Source: Spizellomyces punctatus DAOM BR117
Taxonomy: Eukaryota
Direction: 5' to 3' (one strand)
Assembly: GCA_000182565.2 (NCBI GenBank)
Contig: KQ257454.1
DNA: 64,000 nucleotides
The notes under the pieces were generated by a model, which worked only from the letters and a program-made list of their open reading frames with translations, was not told where the DNA came from and did not search any database. Shown one piece after another: positions 25,600 through 39,220 of the stretch (position 1 is the first letter of the stretch; each line of letters begins with the position of its first letter). The translations under genes and the position numbers were made by a program.

Positions 25600-27416
25600 A
25601 TGAGTACACTGTCAAGCGTAACCGTCAAGGCACACCTGGCAAACCACTTTCGACGATTCACTCTTGAAGCGGGTGACAAAGGCTGCTACGTTTTACTAGT
25701 CAAAACTGCGAAAAATGCATTCAGTGTGCCCGGAAATGCAGATATCCGGGTAGCGTACCTTGACGACGAAGGTGAGTGCTTACTGGTTGTCCAAGCCATG
25801 ATTTAATCTTAACATTCGCAACGTCACAGGTGATTGGATTACAATGTCGTCTGACGACGAGCTTGTTGACGCTTGCAAGCTTTTTGCGGGAGGAGAGGGA
25901 AGCAATGTGGGTACTTTGAGAGTCAGGGTTGAACTAGGTATGGCCGGCTCTACATTTGAGGCACTGTTGCTGTCAGTGTTAACTTTTTTGGTTCTTAGTT
26001 ACTTTACCTGTGGAAGCTTCGTCACACTCTGTGGACAGTGTGGATCAGGGAGGGGATCAAGGAAAAGATCAAGAGACTGTGCAAACTCTAGATCAGGTCA
26101 GTGATATAAATATGGAGCATGCAAGGGTATTCGTTAATATGGTCGTTTTACCTATTCTTATTTCATTCACAGACCAAAGAAGATGTCGTTGATGAGCCTT
26201 CAACGAACCAAAGCAGTACAACGAGCGAAACCCCACAACCAGTCTACCCTCAGCCAGTTCCACATCCCTTTTTTGATACATTCCACCCAGACTTTACCTC
26301 ATCTGGGAATCGGTCTCCTGGGCGGTCATCTCGTACAGAAAAGAGCGCTACCTATGCAGATACAGCCAATATGACAGTCTCTGATTATGTCAACGAATTC
26401 CATTTCTGTGAGTACACCCCGATGATAATGATGCGCATGTTGACGCTTATAACACTGTTTGATTAGATCGCCTTATCATCCAAACAACAATCTCCCAGTC
26501 TCTCCGCTCCCTGTTCAACAGCCCGGATCCCAATATGCCCAATGGTCTGGATGCGGCAGTCAACGAATTTCAATACCGGCGGATAGTCATTCAAACTGCT
26601 GTGGCATCCGCTCTGCATAACTTGTTTTCTGAGACATCTGGATCTCAATCACAAGGCGCATCTTCATCCACGTCGCAAGCCAGTAACACCCCTCTCGATT
26701 CAATTCGCGCCACAGTCACTCCACTTCTTTCGTCGACTGCGACCGCCGCCGAAGCTTTGATCGACCATTTACACAGACAATCCTGGATTCTTGCTCAAAG
26801 AATCCAGGAAGCCGTTCGTGAACAGCGCGAAAATGAAGGGATGAAGAGGAAGAGGGATGCGGTGCGTAACGCTGCCAAAACGGTTTTGAGGAGTGTCGGG
26901 GCTTTCTTGGTTAAAGTCGGGGAAAGCATGGTGGAGGATCCTTTTACCGGGCTGGAAGTTCGGAGAGAGTGTGCCGCAGATGAAGAGTCGATTGGAACAG
27001 GACAAGAGGAAACTGCGAATGAGAATGTGACGGAAGGAATGTCGGCCGATGAGAAACCCGTTGAGGAGTCAAACGAACCTGAATTAGCACGCAATGAAGC
27101 AACACCTCAGCCGACTATTCATGAAGAATCCGTGGAAACAGTCATCGAAGAGCCCCGTATCATCGAAGACCGTATACTAACTTCCCCAATTCCTTTCCCA
27201 CCTTCCATCCAATCACCAACCACCCCACCATCGCCATCCGATCTCGTCCCACCCACCACACAGTCTCCATCCGATTCTACCGAGGTCTTGACAATGTACC
27301 CACTCACAACGGACGAGTCGGACGATTTTATTCTGATTGATGAGCATGAGGAAATGGATGAGGAGGAGGCGGATGAACATATGAGGAGCTCAACTTTGGT
27401 TTATCCTATTTTGTAG
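25600..27416 (+). CDS. PB1-domain protein with acidic disordered C-terminus and AIM/LIR-like motif; multi-exon
   Basis: N-terminal VTVKAHL...RRF basic motif. The OPCA motif YLDDEG|DWITMSSDDEL is joined across a GTGAGT...CAG intron. The long last exon ends in ...DESDDFILIDEHEE...VYPIL. Confidence 0.8.
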
Positions 27417-28402
27417 ACAAGGAGGGTAGGGTTTGGGTTTCATGGTGAAATCATATTATGTTGCATAATTTTTCAAAGTTTGGAACATTTATCTTTGCAT
27501 TTTTCGTTTGTTCATGTTTTTGTTTGGGTAAAGGATATTCTGTATTGTAAATGATCATATTCAGTATTTGCGTTCGTTAAAGCTCTCCTCGCGGGTGATA
27601 CCTTTCCAGGCTTTTACAGAACTGGGCGTTTTAAATTTCATCGTCCAGAACATGTTTCTCAAAATCAGCCAAAATCTCTCACACGATGCTAGCGGTTCCA
27701 ACCCTTCACCAGTGTTTGCCAAGCAAATGAATTCTACGCATGACTATGAATCTCGCGTTCGCCACTACCGTTAAAGTAAAAGTATCTCATTTCCCCTTTT
27801 TTTCTTGGCATTTGTAGAGCGTCCCATAGCGGACAGTTGACTGTAATCATCACACAAAACAAATATGAATATTCTCAAATTTTGTTCGAGCGCGCGGGAA
27901 AAGTTTACATTCGCGATTGTTATTCAAATGTGATTATAGATGTTCAATAGGACAGTCCAGCATATCTCCGTTTTCGGGAGAAGACGCTGTGTTAGATCTG
28001 TCAGGGAATGAACATGCGCAAGTTTGACTTGCACAGTGTGTAGTCAGCTTCTGCAATTTATGTTACTGCAGCTGTGTTGCAAAATATGGTGGAATTGGCA
28101 AGCTAGCGTTGCAGCTGCACAATCAAAAACGGCTCTTGACTTGCAGTATGGTGACTGTTCATGACCTCGCTGTACCTAGTCTTGTCAAGTACGGTTCGAA
28201 AACCAATTACATCACTGCATTTGCTTCGTATCCAATTGCTTTACAACAATCACCAGAACCCAGAACCACTTTTGTCAAACAATCAAAAACAAATACCGCA
28301 GTCCCATGTAACTTTTGATTTATTATTTGCACAGCAAATCGCTTGACATTTAAAGTTTATAGACTCAGGCAGGGCCCATGGTCTTGAAGCGCCGGAACCC
28401 AC

Positions 28403-28974
28403 CTAAACCGCCACAATGTCCCAAATCGTCTTTACACTCGCACCAAACAAACCAAGCAAGCCCAAGATGTGAATAGAACCCTGCAGACGCCTTTCGGGAC
28501 GCCCAGAGTAATACCCATGAGCATACAACAGACGTCCAATAACCCAAGTCGCACCACAAGCAGTCGCAAAGAGGGGGTAGCTGATACCAGCTGTACCGAG
28601 GAGGAGAAGGAAGGATGGGTAGTTTTCTAATGTGTTTTGATGGGCTCTTTGGTAACAGTTGTATAGCTTTTTGATGGGTTGGGCCTCTGCTTCGGCTCGG
28701 TCGGCGTAGACTGTTAAAAAGAAAGGTGTCAGGTTTGGGTACTATTGCTTTTTTGCAATGAGATTAGGGTAACGTACGGGAGGGATAAGGCACACCAGCC
28801 TTTTTCCGCATGCTCCCGGCTTTGAAGCCTAGGTATTGTAGGAGGATGACAGTGCTAGCCGCAACGCCGAGGACCTGGAGGAAAGGGAATCTGTGAGTAT
28901 CTGCATTATAGAAACTGAGTAGATGGACGACGTACGTAGCCATGTTCAGGCCCAAGTGTGACTGTGAATGCCAT
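28403..28974 (-). CDS. MAPEG-family microsomal glutathione S-transferase 3-like protein; 3 exons
   Basis: Spliced product MAFTVTLGPEHGY|VLGVAA...RKKAGVPYPSLYA...YNCYQRAHQNTLENYP...GRLLYAHGYYSGRPERR. Confidence 0.92.
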
Positions 28975-29521
28975 GATTGATGTGAGGGATGTGTTTTGCT
29001 GCTTTGTTGGGTGTAAAGAAATTTCAAAAGTATCGTCGACCTCGTTTTATATCCCGCGACACACTGCCAGATCGAACACTATGGAAGCTGACTCATCACA
29101 TTTACGAATTCGGAAGTCCGAGTCCAATGTCCGAAAACAATAAATTTAATATCTGATTAAGACGAATTCCATGGCGTTTGGTGCAATCGTTTGTATTGCA
29201 TAGCAGGTTGCATTCTCTTGGGCATGCATGCAAGATATCCATTTCAGTGTTGTGACCACGGCTCAAGTTGGTAGAAGATATACGACAGTCTATACGCTAT
29301 ATTTCTTATAGTAGAGGTATAAGCTGTAAACAAAAGGGCTGTATGTAGTATACATTTGTAATCTAAGAAAAAGCAGTAATTATCAAAAGAAAAAAAAAAA
29401 AGAGAATCTGTTCCGTCCACCCCAAGTAGAGGAACTCCTAGCCTAATACTATCCTATAAAGGCCCTCCAGATAACGAAAAAAAAAAAATGTTTCTCAGTA
29501 CAACAGTTGATACCCAACCCG

Positions 29522-31375
29522 CTAAGCTCCCAACAAGGCACCCTTCACCTCAGACCTAAAATCCAACTCGGGATGAACAGCCTTAGCATGATACTTTAGC
29601 CCATTCAGATTCTTGTACTTTTTTCCACATCCAGGGACTTTACACCAATACGGTCGGTGCGCAATCTTGACGTGTCCAGCCGCGGCCACATCCATTTCCA
29701 CTGGTTGATGATGGTGTGGTTGGGGAGGTGGTGGATGGAAAGGGGGAGACGCAGTGTCATATTCACACATGCCGCGGTCAAGGTGGTATTTCAAACCGTT
29801 GGCATTCTTGTAAGTCTTTGTGCAAAAGGGCTTAGGGCATTTGTACAGTCTTCTGGGTGTCGTAGGTGATGATTGCTGTTGGTGAGGGGATCGTGGATCG
29901 GTAGGTGCAAAGGCAGAATGCGGTTGCATTTGGTGGTGGGGGTGATCCGCAAAGACCGCAGCGGGAGCCCCATGCATGGGATTTTGGGCTTGGTGAGGTA
30001 CATTCTCTACTTGGTGATAGGTGTTCGGTTGGTATGGTCCAGCCATGTCCGTTCCGTGCAGAACCGGTGCAGAGGAAGAGCGGGGCGGCGGGGTAGGATA
30101 TCGTGGTGACGTATCCATCTCCATTGGCGAACGGAGCGATGGGTGAGTTGTTCCGTTGCTGTGGTCGTAAATGAGATGGTGGACTCTTGGATGCACTTGA
30201 GATGATGATGGCACAGGGTGCATTTGGTTGGCCATGGACGGGTGCATTTGGTGATGATATGACAGATTGGGCTGGTGGGCCATGTACATGGGCGTCGGAT
30301 GGATCATGTTGACTGACGGGAGAGGGCCCGTATTCTGCATTCCAGGGTGATACCGAACATGCTGTGGACCCGGCGAACGACTAATAACGGGTGTTTGCGG
30401 GGGAGAAGGTATGCTGCCGTGAGGGTCCATCATTGGCGGTATAATCGAGAGGCCAGCTGCCGAACGCTGGACACGGTTCTGCTGGAATTGTGCTCCAGGA
30501 TGTATCGTGTACGAGCGTCCTTGGTGCATTCCACGGCTTGGGTCTCCAGCATGGTGCATTCCGACGGGGATCCCAATGCTATTGACAGTAAACTCTGGGA
30601 AAGGCGGCTGGGACTCACCCGTCAACTGATGCATTGCTAGTCCTCCTGGAGGTGCCGACAGAGACCTCCGGCGAGCTGTGGGATTGAAACCGGCCGGAAA
30701 AGAAATTTGGTTGACAGCAGCACCTTGCAGCGACTGTTGGTAAGAGGGATCGGGGCGTTGATTTTCGTCCTGCTGGGCGCCACCGTATTCCAGCGAAGGT
30801 TGTTTCATGGGTTCCTGATGCTCCAGCTCTCGTGGGAGGTGGGGACTGTTTGCGTACGCCCCTGGACCTGAATTGCCACCAAAATCCACAGGCTGTTGGG
30901 ATGTCGTCACCGGTGACCGATGCACGTCAGGTGAAGTTTCAGAGACTTGTTCGCTGGAGCTGTCATCTGAGGCCTCTTCAGCCTGCATCCTAGGTAATGC
31001 GCTTTGCCGCTGTGCGTGCGACACATGCTGATACGAGTGGTGGCTGAGCGATTGGAACGATGCATGCGTCGGAAGGGGGAGGTGAGGGTATTGATGCGCG
31101 GGGAGCGACGATCCAGGTCGACCGGCCAATGCACTTGGTGACGACCGCTGCTGGTGGTCTCCTTGGCTCGCCTCAAGACCCGAGTAGACGGGCCTCTCTC
31201 CACTTTCCAACTCGGCCATATGCCGTGTCTCAAAGTCGTTTTCGAAAACGAAGTGGCGCAAACCGCCAGCAGCAGCGTCTTTTGTGTTGTTTGTGTCTCG
31301 CAATTCAGACAAAGGAGACGACGTCGACGACGGCGACGAGGACGACGACGAAGACAGTTCTGCCTGTTGAATCAT
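29522..31375 (-). CDS. Sfp1/JAZF1-like split zinc-finger transcription factor
   Basis: 617-aa ORF with a Q/P/H-rich body and two fingers, YKCPKPFCTKTYKNANGLKYH and YWCKVPGCGKKYKNLNGLKYHAKAVH, carrying the YKNxNGLKYH signature. Confidence 0.88.
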   Translation of the reverse strand: MIQQAELSSSSSSSPSSTSSPLSELRDTNNTKDAAAGGLRHFVFENDFETRHMAELESGERPVYSGLEASQGDHQQRSSPSALAGRPGSSLPAHQYPHLPLPTHASFQSLSHHSYQHVSHAQRQSALPRMQAEEASDDSSSEQVSETSPDVHRSPVTTSQQPVDFGGNSGPGAYANSPHLPRELEHQEPMKQPSLEYGGAQQDENQRPDPSYQQSLQGAAVNQISFPAGFNPTARRRSLSAPPGGLAMHQLTGESQPPFPEFTVNSIGIPVGMHHAGDPSRGMHQGRSYTIHPGAQFQQNRVQRSAAGLSIIPPMMDPHGSIPSPPQTPVISRSPGPQHVRYHPGMQNTGPLPSVNMIHPTPMYMAHQPNLSYHHQMHPSMANQMHPVPSSSQVHPRVHHLIYDHSNGTTHPSLRSPMEMDTSPRYPTPPPRSSSAPVLHGTDMAGPYQPNTYHQVENVPHQAQNPMHGAPAAVFADHPHHQMQPHSAFAPTDPRSPHQQQSSPTTPRRLYKCPKPFCTKTYKNANGLKYHLDRGMCEYDTASPPFHPPPPQPHHHQPVEMDVAAAGHVKIAHRPYWCKVPGCGKKYKNLNGLKYHAKAVHPELDFRSEVKGALLGA

Positions 31376-32652
31376 TTTTTTTATTTTTTACAGTGAAAAA
31401 TGTCGCAGGGTGCACAGAGACTGAGAGCTTGACATATAGTTTTTTCTGCCTTGGGGGGGCGGGTTAGAGCGAACCGAGGGTTTAGTCGGAACGGGTCGGC
31501 GTTGAACGCAAAAGAAAAAAACAGAGAGGAAATTTGACAAGTAAAAATTACGAGTGCAAGGAAAACGCCATGTGGGGGGGGGGGGGGGGCTGTTACGAAG
31601 GTGAGAGCAGCTTTGTAGGAGTAGGAGGGAGGGGAAAAAAGGAAAAGCCACGTCGACAAGCAAGGCGAGTTGTCCATGCATTTCCCCAAAGCACACTCTG
31701 CAAAAAAAGGTGTTCCAATTCGTAAGTGTGCATTTTTGCGTGTTTATACTTGTTTCTATGGTAACAAAGACGCGGGAGATAAACAAACGAGTTCGGCACA
31801 ATTGTTGGTGATAGGCACAACCCTCTCCTTGCTTTTACTGCCTTTTGGCAATGGGAGGTTGTTTACTCATAAAAGTCATTGAAACCATCTCTAGAGAGAA
31901 CTCTCAATTGCTCTCAGTTGGTATGAAACGATTGGGTATGCAGTTCAATCAACAGCCATGTGTGCGCATGTGTTTTTTGAAATTGCCTCTGCTGCTTGTT
32001 GTCGGTGGCTGGCTCCCACTGTTGAAACGATACACTGCAAACGACATCTTGTCGGCCACATCATCGAAAACAAAAAGAGAGTGTGATCATCCTGGAAAGA
32101 ATTACGCTAAAGGTGTCTCCCATTGAAAGAGCATTAAAAAGCAGAACTGAAACTGTGACAAAGAAGAAAAAAAGATGAATGATCAACGGATAATAAGTTT
32201 GCTGGTTGCTCGGTTGAAAGTGTAAGCAATGTCCGAATGTCCGAATAGTCACGTGAAGCAAATCTTTGAAGAATGACGTGTGCTGAGAGGAAAGATTTTC
32301 CCAAATTTCGCTCCTGTTGGCCCTCCTTTGGTGCACGAAAATGAAGGAAGGGGGACTTGGAGAAAATGAATCCGTCATTGAAATTTGTATTGGTTAACAG
32401 GTCCATTTGGGGCATGCGAGGGTCATTGCGCATGCGGTTTAGAATTGCAAAAGCAAGACGGAAGAGCGTTGAATTAGCGTCATTACTAGTGTTTTTGTTT
32501 ATCCATTGGTCATGTCGATCTGATAGGTGTGTGATATCCATGTCAGCACTGTCGAAAACGTAAGCACTTTCCATGCAACTATCAACCTGCCAATTCATGC
32601 TCGCCATGCCATCATTTGCTGAACCCAAGAACCTTGCATACTAGTTTCCATC

Positions 32653-35600
32653 ATGAATTCTATCCCGGTTACTGTCGAGTCTGCCTTACCCCGCAGACGC
32701 ACGACGTTTGCGCGAGGTGTTGATGCCACACGTAAAGGGACGTCAGGAGTGGGCGTGCGAAGGCAAAAGACGCTGGTGAGACCTGAACGACAGCGATCAC
32801 AGAGGGCACCCATCTTGCGAAAGGCGACTGCTGCTCCTCCTGCGGCGAGGGCGGGTGCGTTGTTATTGAATCTTGCGCTATAGTCGGAAGCTGCTGCGCA
32901 ATGTATTTGATCAAATGCTGATATGATAGCATTCCCTTCATAGGAGCTACCACATACAGGATAGGAAGGCAGCTACCATCTACCGAGGCACTCACTGCTT
33001 ACACTACTCCCCCTCCACCCTCTCCCGAGGAATCAAATTGGTGGACCTACACATCCCAATGTATGACGTGCTGCATATGGCCACGATGTTTGAACTATAT
33101 AAACATGACGGATAGGGACGTTCAGCAGGCTTGGCGCGAAAAGGTGAGCGCAATGTGTCGCGAAAGAGAGATGAGCACAGTCATTAAAACAGTCTCGGCG
33201 TTCAAAGGTCGCTCTGTGCATGATAATTGTCATATTATGCTTCTTTGTTGGATTCTTCTCTCTAGGGTTGAAGCCTGCTCTCTGCCCAGATGACGGATCC
33301 AGTGCTACGGATGCGTTCCTCAATCAAACAGATCATACGAGTATTCCATATCGTGACGATGTCATCGTCCGCGGATTTCTCTACGACTTTCAAGACGTGC
33401 GAAACCTCCTGGCGCAAAAGAATGGAATTGAAATGTCGGCGGATTGGCATGGGATGGACTTGACCCAACTCTTTGTTTCCATCCCGGATGCGTGTGCAGG
33501 ATTTGGGAGGGCGGCATCTCAACCGTGCTCTGTCCCAAGTCGGTATGTGAATGGGGCCCCGTTAGAACCTGGACCGGGTCAGGCGTGTCCAGATTGGAAC
33601 GCGCTAAGTAGCCTCAAATCAAAAGGACGATTATTTTTCCTATGGGATGAAGTTAAAGCCAACAAAGCTGCTCCCCACACACTAGTGGTGTATAACGGGG
33701 GGGTCTTGAATGTCACAGACTATTTTGGACGGACACCGTTTTTGAATAATTCCTCGTCGGGAAGGAGGCTGGAAAATGGGGTAGGAAAAGACGTTACCTA
33801 TCCTTTCACGATCACCGACGAAGGCAAACGTGCCATCCAATGTCTCGCTCAACGTTACCAAGTGGGATTCGTCGACCGACAGAGCAATGGGTGTGCCGCT
33901 TATCAGACAATCATGATAATTATGCTAATTGTCGTCTTGGGTGTGGTACTCTGCCGCTTCTTTATGGCCATTGCCTTTCATTATTTGTTTTCGAATCCAG
34001 TGAGAGTCAGCAAATATACCCCCCATCATCGTACCGCAGCCATGAGACAGCAATGGAATCCATATGGCACAGGAGCAGTCGGAACCATGCGTGGGTCTTT
34101 GGATTCATTTCATGGGATGCCACACGTTGGACGTACGAGTTATGGTAGCGCTATGAGGTCGCATCCGCGCATCTCGAGATCTACTGTACCTCAGGATATG
34201 TTCACCATTCTCCTCGTGACGTGCTATTCTGAAGGGGAACAAGGGATACGTAATACCCTGGAATCGCTAGCTGCAACCGACTATCCGGATGAGAATAAAC
34301 TGCTGTTTGTGATTGCTGATGGACTGATCAAAGGAGACGACTGGAAAACGAGGAACAAGACGACGCCAGAGGTTATTGTTGACATGATTATGCAAGATCC
34401 GACGTTACCGGAGCCGGAACCGCGAAGTTATTTGGCGATCGCAGATGGTGCAAAGCAGCACAACATGGCAAAAGTGGTGAGTACAGCTCGATTTCGTTAT
34501 GTTGTTAAAGTGCTGTTTCTGACTGCAGGGAACCTAAAACTTTTGCAGTATGCTGGTCATTTTGCACATGAGGGCCGATACGTCCCGATTGTAGTCGTCG
34601 TCAAGTGCGGTCCCCCGACTGAAAACACCGCCTCGAATGCCAAACCAGGAAACCGCGGCAAACGCGACTCCCAACTCGTTCTGATGAATTTTCTCTCCCG
34701 GGTCATGTTTGATGACAGGATGACACCTTTAGACCATGAACTGTATCTACGCATTCAACAAGTCACTGGTGGGGTCACTGCCGACAGGTACGAAGTCATC
34801 CTCATGGTGGACGCTGATACCAAGGTAGCCCCCACCTCGCTCCGACATATGGTCGATGCCATGAAAAATGATGAGCGAATCATGGGGCTGTGTGGCGAGA
34901 CTCGCATTGCGAATAAGCGGGCGTCGTGGGTGTCGAGGATTCAAGTGTTCGAGTACTACATCTCCCATCACTTGGGGAAAGCGTTTGAATCCGTCTTTGG
35001 AGGTGTAACGTGTCTTCCGGGGTGTTTCTGCATGTATCGTATTAAAGCGCAAAAAGGCCCTTCAACTGTACCGTTACTAGTCAACCCAGACATTGTTGAA
35101 GAGTACTCGGAGAACATTGTCGATACCCTCCATAAAAAGAATCTGTTACTGTTGGGTGAAGATCGGTTCCTGACGACCTTGATGCTTCGATCGTTTCCGA
35201 AGCGGAAGATGGTGTTTGTCCCGCAAGCCATATGTCATACGGTTGTGCCTGAAGAGTTCAAGGTACTCTTGTCCCAGAGAAGACGGTGGATTAATTCGAC
35301 GATACATAATTTGTTGGAGTTGGTAAAGTTGCGGGATCTTTGTGGCATATTTTGCTTTAGTATGCAGTTTGTGATCGCGGTGAGTTTTTTCGTGCTGGCC
35401 GTTTATTCCTTGATTTGGTTCTAAACGCTGACCGGCCATTGTTCCTCTCAGTTGGAACTCCTCGGAACCGTTGTTCTCCCTGCAGCCATTGTTTTCCTCT
35501 ACATTCTCCTCTTCAGTGCCATAGCAGGCAACGCCAATACCCTCCCCCTAATCATGCTGTTATTCTCGTTGGCCCTACCAGGAGTCCTAATAGCAATCAC

Positions 35601-37401
35601 CACCAGAAAGTTTATTTACGTAGGGTGGATGTTGATCTATATCCTTGCATTGCCGATTTGGAACTTTGTGTTGCCGGTATACGCTTTTTGGCATTTTGAT
35701 GATTTTTCATGGGGCCAAACTAGAAAAGTGGAGGGGGAGGGTTCGCAGCGGGCTCACGGGGGACGAGAAGGGGAATACGAGATTGGGTCTGTGCAATTAC
35801 GAAGGTGAGGATAGAATATCCTGGCTGTTACTCTATGTTTTGTGGTGCAATATCTAACGGTGAATGTACTTTTTAGGTTTTCTGAATGGGAACAAGAGCG
35901 ACTGGGACGTAGTTACGTACCAGGAGCACGCAAGCCTCTACCTCAAATTCCCGTCGAACCCGAGGCGTCTTTTCCGGGTTCACCTGTGCTGAATCCTTAC
36001 GCTCCACCGTCCGGCGGATCATTACCCCGTGGGTCGTACTATCCCGCATCCCCCGCATCATTGCCCCGTGGATCGTACTATCCCGGATCTCCTGTTATTT
36101 ATCCCGTGGATTACGTGCAACCCGGTGCTAGTTATGCGCAAGGACCCGAGATGTACCCGGACCCCCATTCTGGACCAGAGTACGGTGATCCCATGTACGG
36201 TGACCCGACGTATGGTGGAGCCCCGTATGGTGACCCAGTGTACGGTGGAGCCCCTTATGCTACCGCAGCGGATCCAAGATGGTCGACAGATCCGTATTCG
36301 TACGGGTACGCAAGCTACGATCCTCCAAGTTCACCCCACCTTGCTTCATCCACGTACCAGATTGAAGAGGTACCACCCATTTTGAACAAGTTGGGCGCGG
36401 CGCCTGTGGAAGATCGAAGAAGCTGGTATTTGGACAAGCATCGGAACCGTAAATTGTCGAGCATGCCTCCTGGAGCGATTCAATTAAAGGGCTGGATTCC
36501 ACCAGAGGAGCGGGTTACGCATACAGAGGAACGAGTGAGCGAATCCGAGGGGAATTCGAATCATATTGTGGGAAATTCGAGTCATGTTATGGGGAATGCT
36601 AGTAATTTGGCTGTTCCGGTTGTAGAGATTGTTGCCCCCACGCCTACATCAGATCGGTCGACTCCTTTTCACTTTCCAGTTCCTGGCGAGGAGGAGGATG
36701 AGGAGCTTGATGACGGGCAGCAAATGGAAAGCAACACTGCGGTAGATGAGAATGAGCCGAGACGACCTTTGCCGTTCCCGCTACAACAACAACAACAAGC
36801 AGAGACCAAGTCGTCTCCACCGAAACCTAAACCAAAAGGACCAGGCGTACGCGCCAAATCGACTCTCCCCCAGATCGTCACTGACACGGACATTGCTGCG
36901 GTCCCTGGCATCGCGTCCACTGTCCGACGGTTCTGGGAATCATTTGGTAACGGAGACGACCAAGACTCGACATCCCCATCACGTTCCACGAAACCACGCA
37001 CGACTCGACCTACTACTACCAAACAAAACACACCACCCCGTCTCCCAACCAAACCCTCCCCACCATCCCCCTCCATCCGCACAAGCCTTCCAAAAGATCC
37101 ACCCCTCCTCACTCTCTCCATTGAGAAAACAAGAGCCAAGGACTTAATCCCCCGGCAATCCTCTGAACTCACAAACTCGTATTCAACCCTCCTCCCATCC
37201 TTTTCATTCGATATAATTCCTGATACCCCACCACCGGAGGATACATTGGACGCCCGCTCTTCAACGAGTTTCTCATTTGGAGAGAGTAGTGTTGTATCTG
37301 AAGATCATGAGCGACGTGTAGATTTCTTTGGGCCGGGTGGTTTGGGGACGTTGGGGAGGAGGGAGAGGGAGCGGGGTGGGGGGTTGTGGAAGTGGAAGTA
37401 A
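32653..37401 (+). CDS. Chitin synthase, division 2 (class IV-like); multi-exon
   Basis: TLVRPER, QQAWREK, LLVTCYSEG, KPGNRGKRDSQ, VTCLPGCFCMYR, LGEDRFLT, SQRRRWINST and WHFDDFSWGQTR motifs. No myosin domain. Long Pro/Tyr-rich C-terminal exon. Confidence 0.95.
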
Positions 37402-39220
37402 ATCATTTATGTTTAGGAGGTGGTAGGACATGGGACATGGGTTTTTTGTTTGTTATTATTATGTGAAATATTATCAGCGAGTCATTGTTGGATAATGTTG
37501 TTGAAACTGAATGATAAACAAATGACGACAGATGGGTTTTTATGACACATTCCATACGAGTTTTTCCTTAAAGTGTTTTGTGTCGTGTGAGGTGCCGATA
37601 TTATGTTTGTTTCATGCTCAAGGTTATAGTTACAAAAACGTAGCTTGTGTTTTAGGTTTCCGGTATGGGGAGTCCTTGAAAGGCGAAATGATAGCGTAGA
37701 ATGACGAATGATGCGAATTGTGTGTACGAAACTAAAGGGTGTGTGGTTGCCCGTTCGGAGGCATTGTTGATGGGCCAGTTGATTAGCTATGGGCAGAATA
37801 TTGGTTTTGTGTTTTTGGGTGTTGGGGTGTGTATTTTCAAACGTTTGGTATTTTCTTGTTTGTATGTACCTGGCTGGTTGTACATGAGAGATGGATACTA
37901 GGTAATGTTATATCGTAACCCATGACAGCTGGTGACAAGAGTGAACAAAAAAGAGTAGAATTGGAAATATGGTGGTTTTTTCTAGTCCGTTCCTTTTGTA
38001 TTAGGTGTTTTTCTCTGCAGGAATCAATTTGTAGGTTTGTTGGGTTAGATGTTAATGAAGGTGGGTTGGTGCATCTATGCGATTGAAAGTTGTTTTGATG
38101 GGACATGGTATCATTCTGCGTGTAAAAAGCCATAAGAAAGATAACTCTAATTGTTTGAATAAAAAAGAATTTTTACAATACTTTAGAACTTTGATACTTA
38201 AAGTGTGTAGTTGGTGTCCGGCAAAAAATCTTTGATCAAACCCAATTTTTGTACCTTTTACCTTTCATACCTCCAAAAGCACTCGTTAGTGCACTTTATG
38301 CTTCTCATTACCATTTGCGTATTGAGTTCAACCAACTGCAACAAAAAGAGAGCACTCCATAACCCAATCTCGAACAATAGTTTGAAACCCACAAGTCAAT
38401 ACCTATTAAACAAAGACATTTTCAAATACCTAAAAGAACGAAAAACCATTTGGTTAAACTAAAAACAAATGATACAAATCATTTACCCAGATACCTGGCA
38501 TGTCACATTTTTGTTCGACACAGTATACTATTTCCTACAGATAAAAATACCGAAAAATACTCTATCAGATTTGGATCCGAAAGACCGAAACGAATTGGGA
38601 TTTTGATTTCGTCTTTTTGTACATGCAACTTGCGACAAAAAATGGGACAAGACAACGTTATCACAAATATCCCAGGTTCAAACTTCCTTCTCTTTAAGTG
38701 AAATGGTTCGGTTGTACTTGTATCAATACGATATGTGGGATAGTGCGTATCATAGGTATGAACCATCTACAAAAGGAACAAGCAGAACGAGGGGATACAC
38801 GAATAGCAAACCAAAAAAAAAAAAAGTATATTCACATGTCAAGTTTCCAGTCGGATCAACAATGCTAAAAGTATGCAAATAAACGATACAATGCTCACAA
38901 AAGAATCAAAAACTGAGATGCACCAGAAAACTATATTCACACGCAAAACAAACAACCATGTCAAACAAAAAATCTCTACAAAAGAGTTTTTTCTCAAATC
39001 TGCTCATGAATCCAACTCACACATAAAACTGTCCCAACAAATGAACCCCCCCTCAATAAGGGAGTCGGATATACAAAAAAACAAAAAGAAATCCAACAAT
39101 ATATACAAACCCAAGCAACCGCAAAACAAAAAAAAAAAAAAGGTGTGTTGTGTCATCTACAAAGCTAGTTTTTCCCTACAAACTAGTCCCAAATAAAACC
39201 TCTCCACAAACAAGAAAAAC

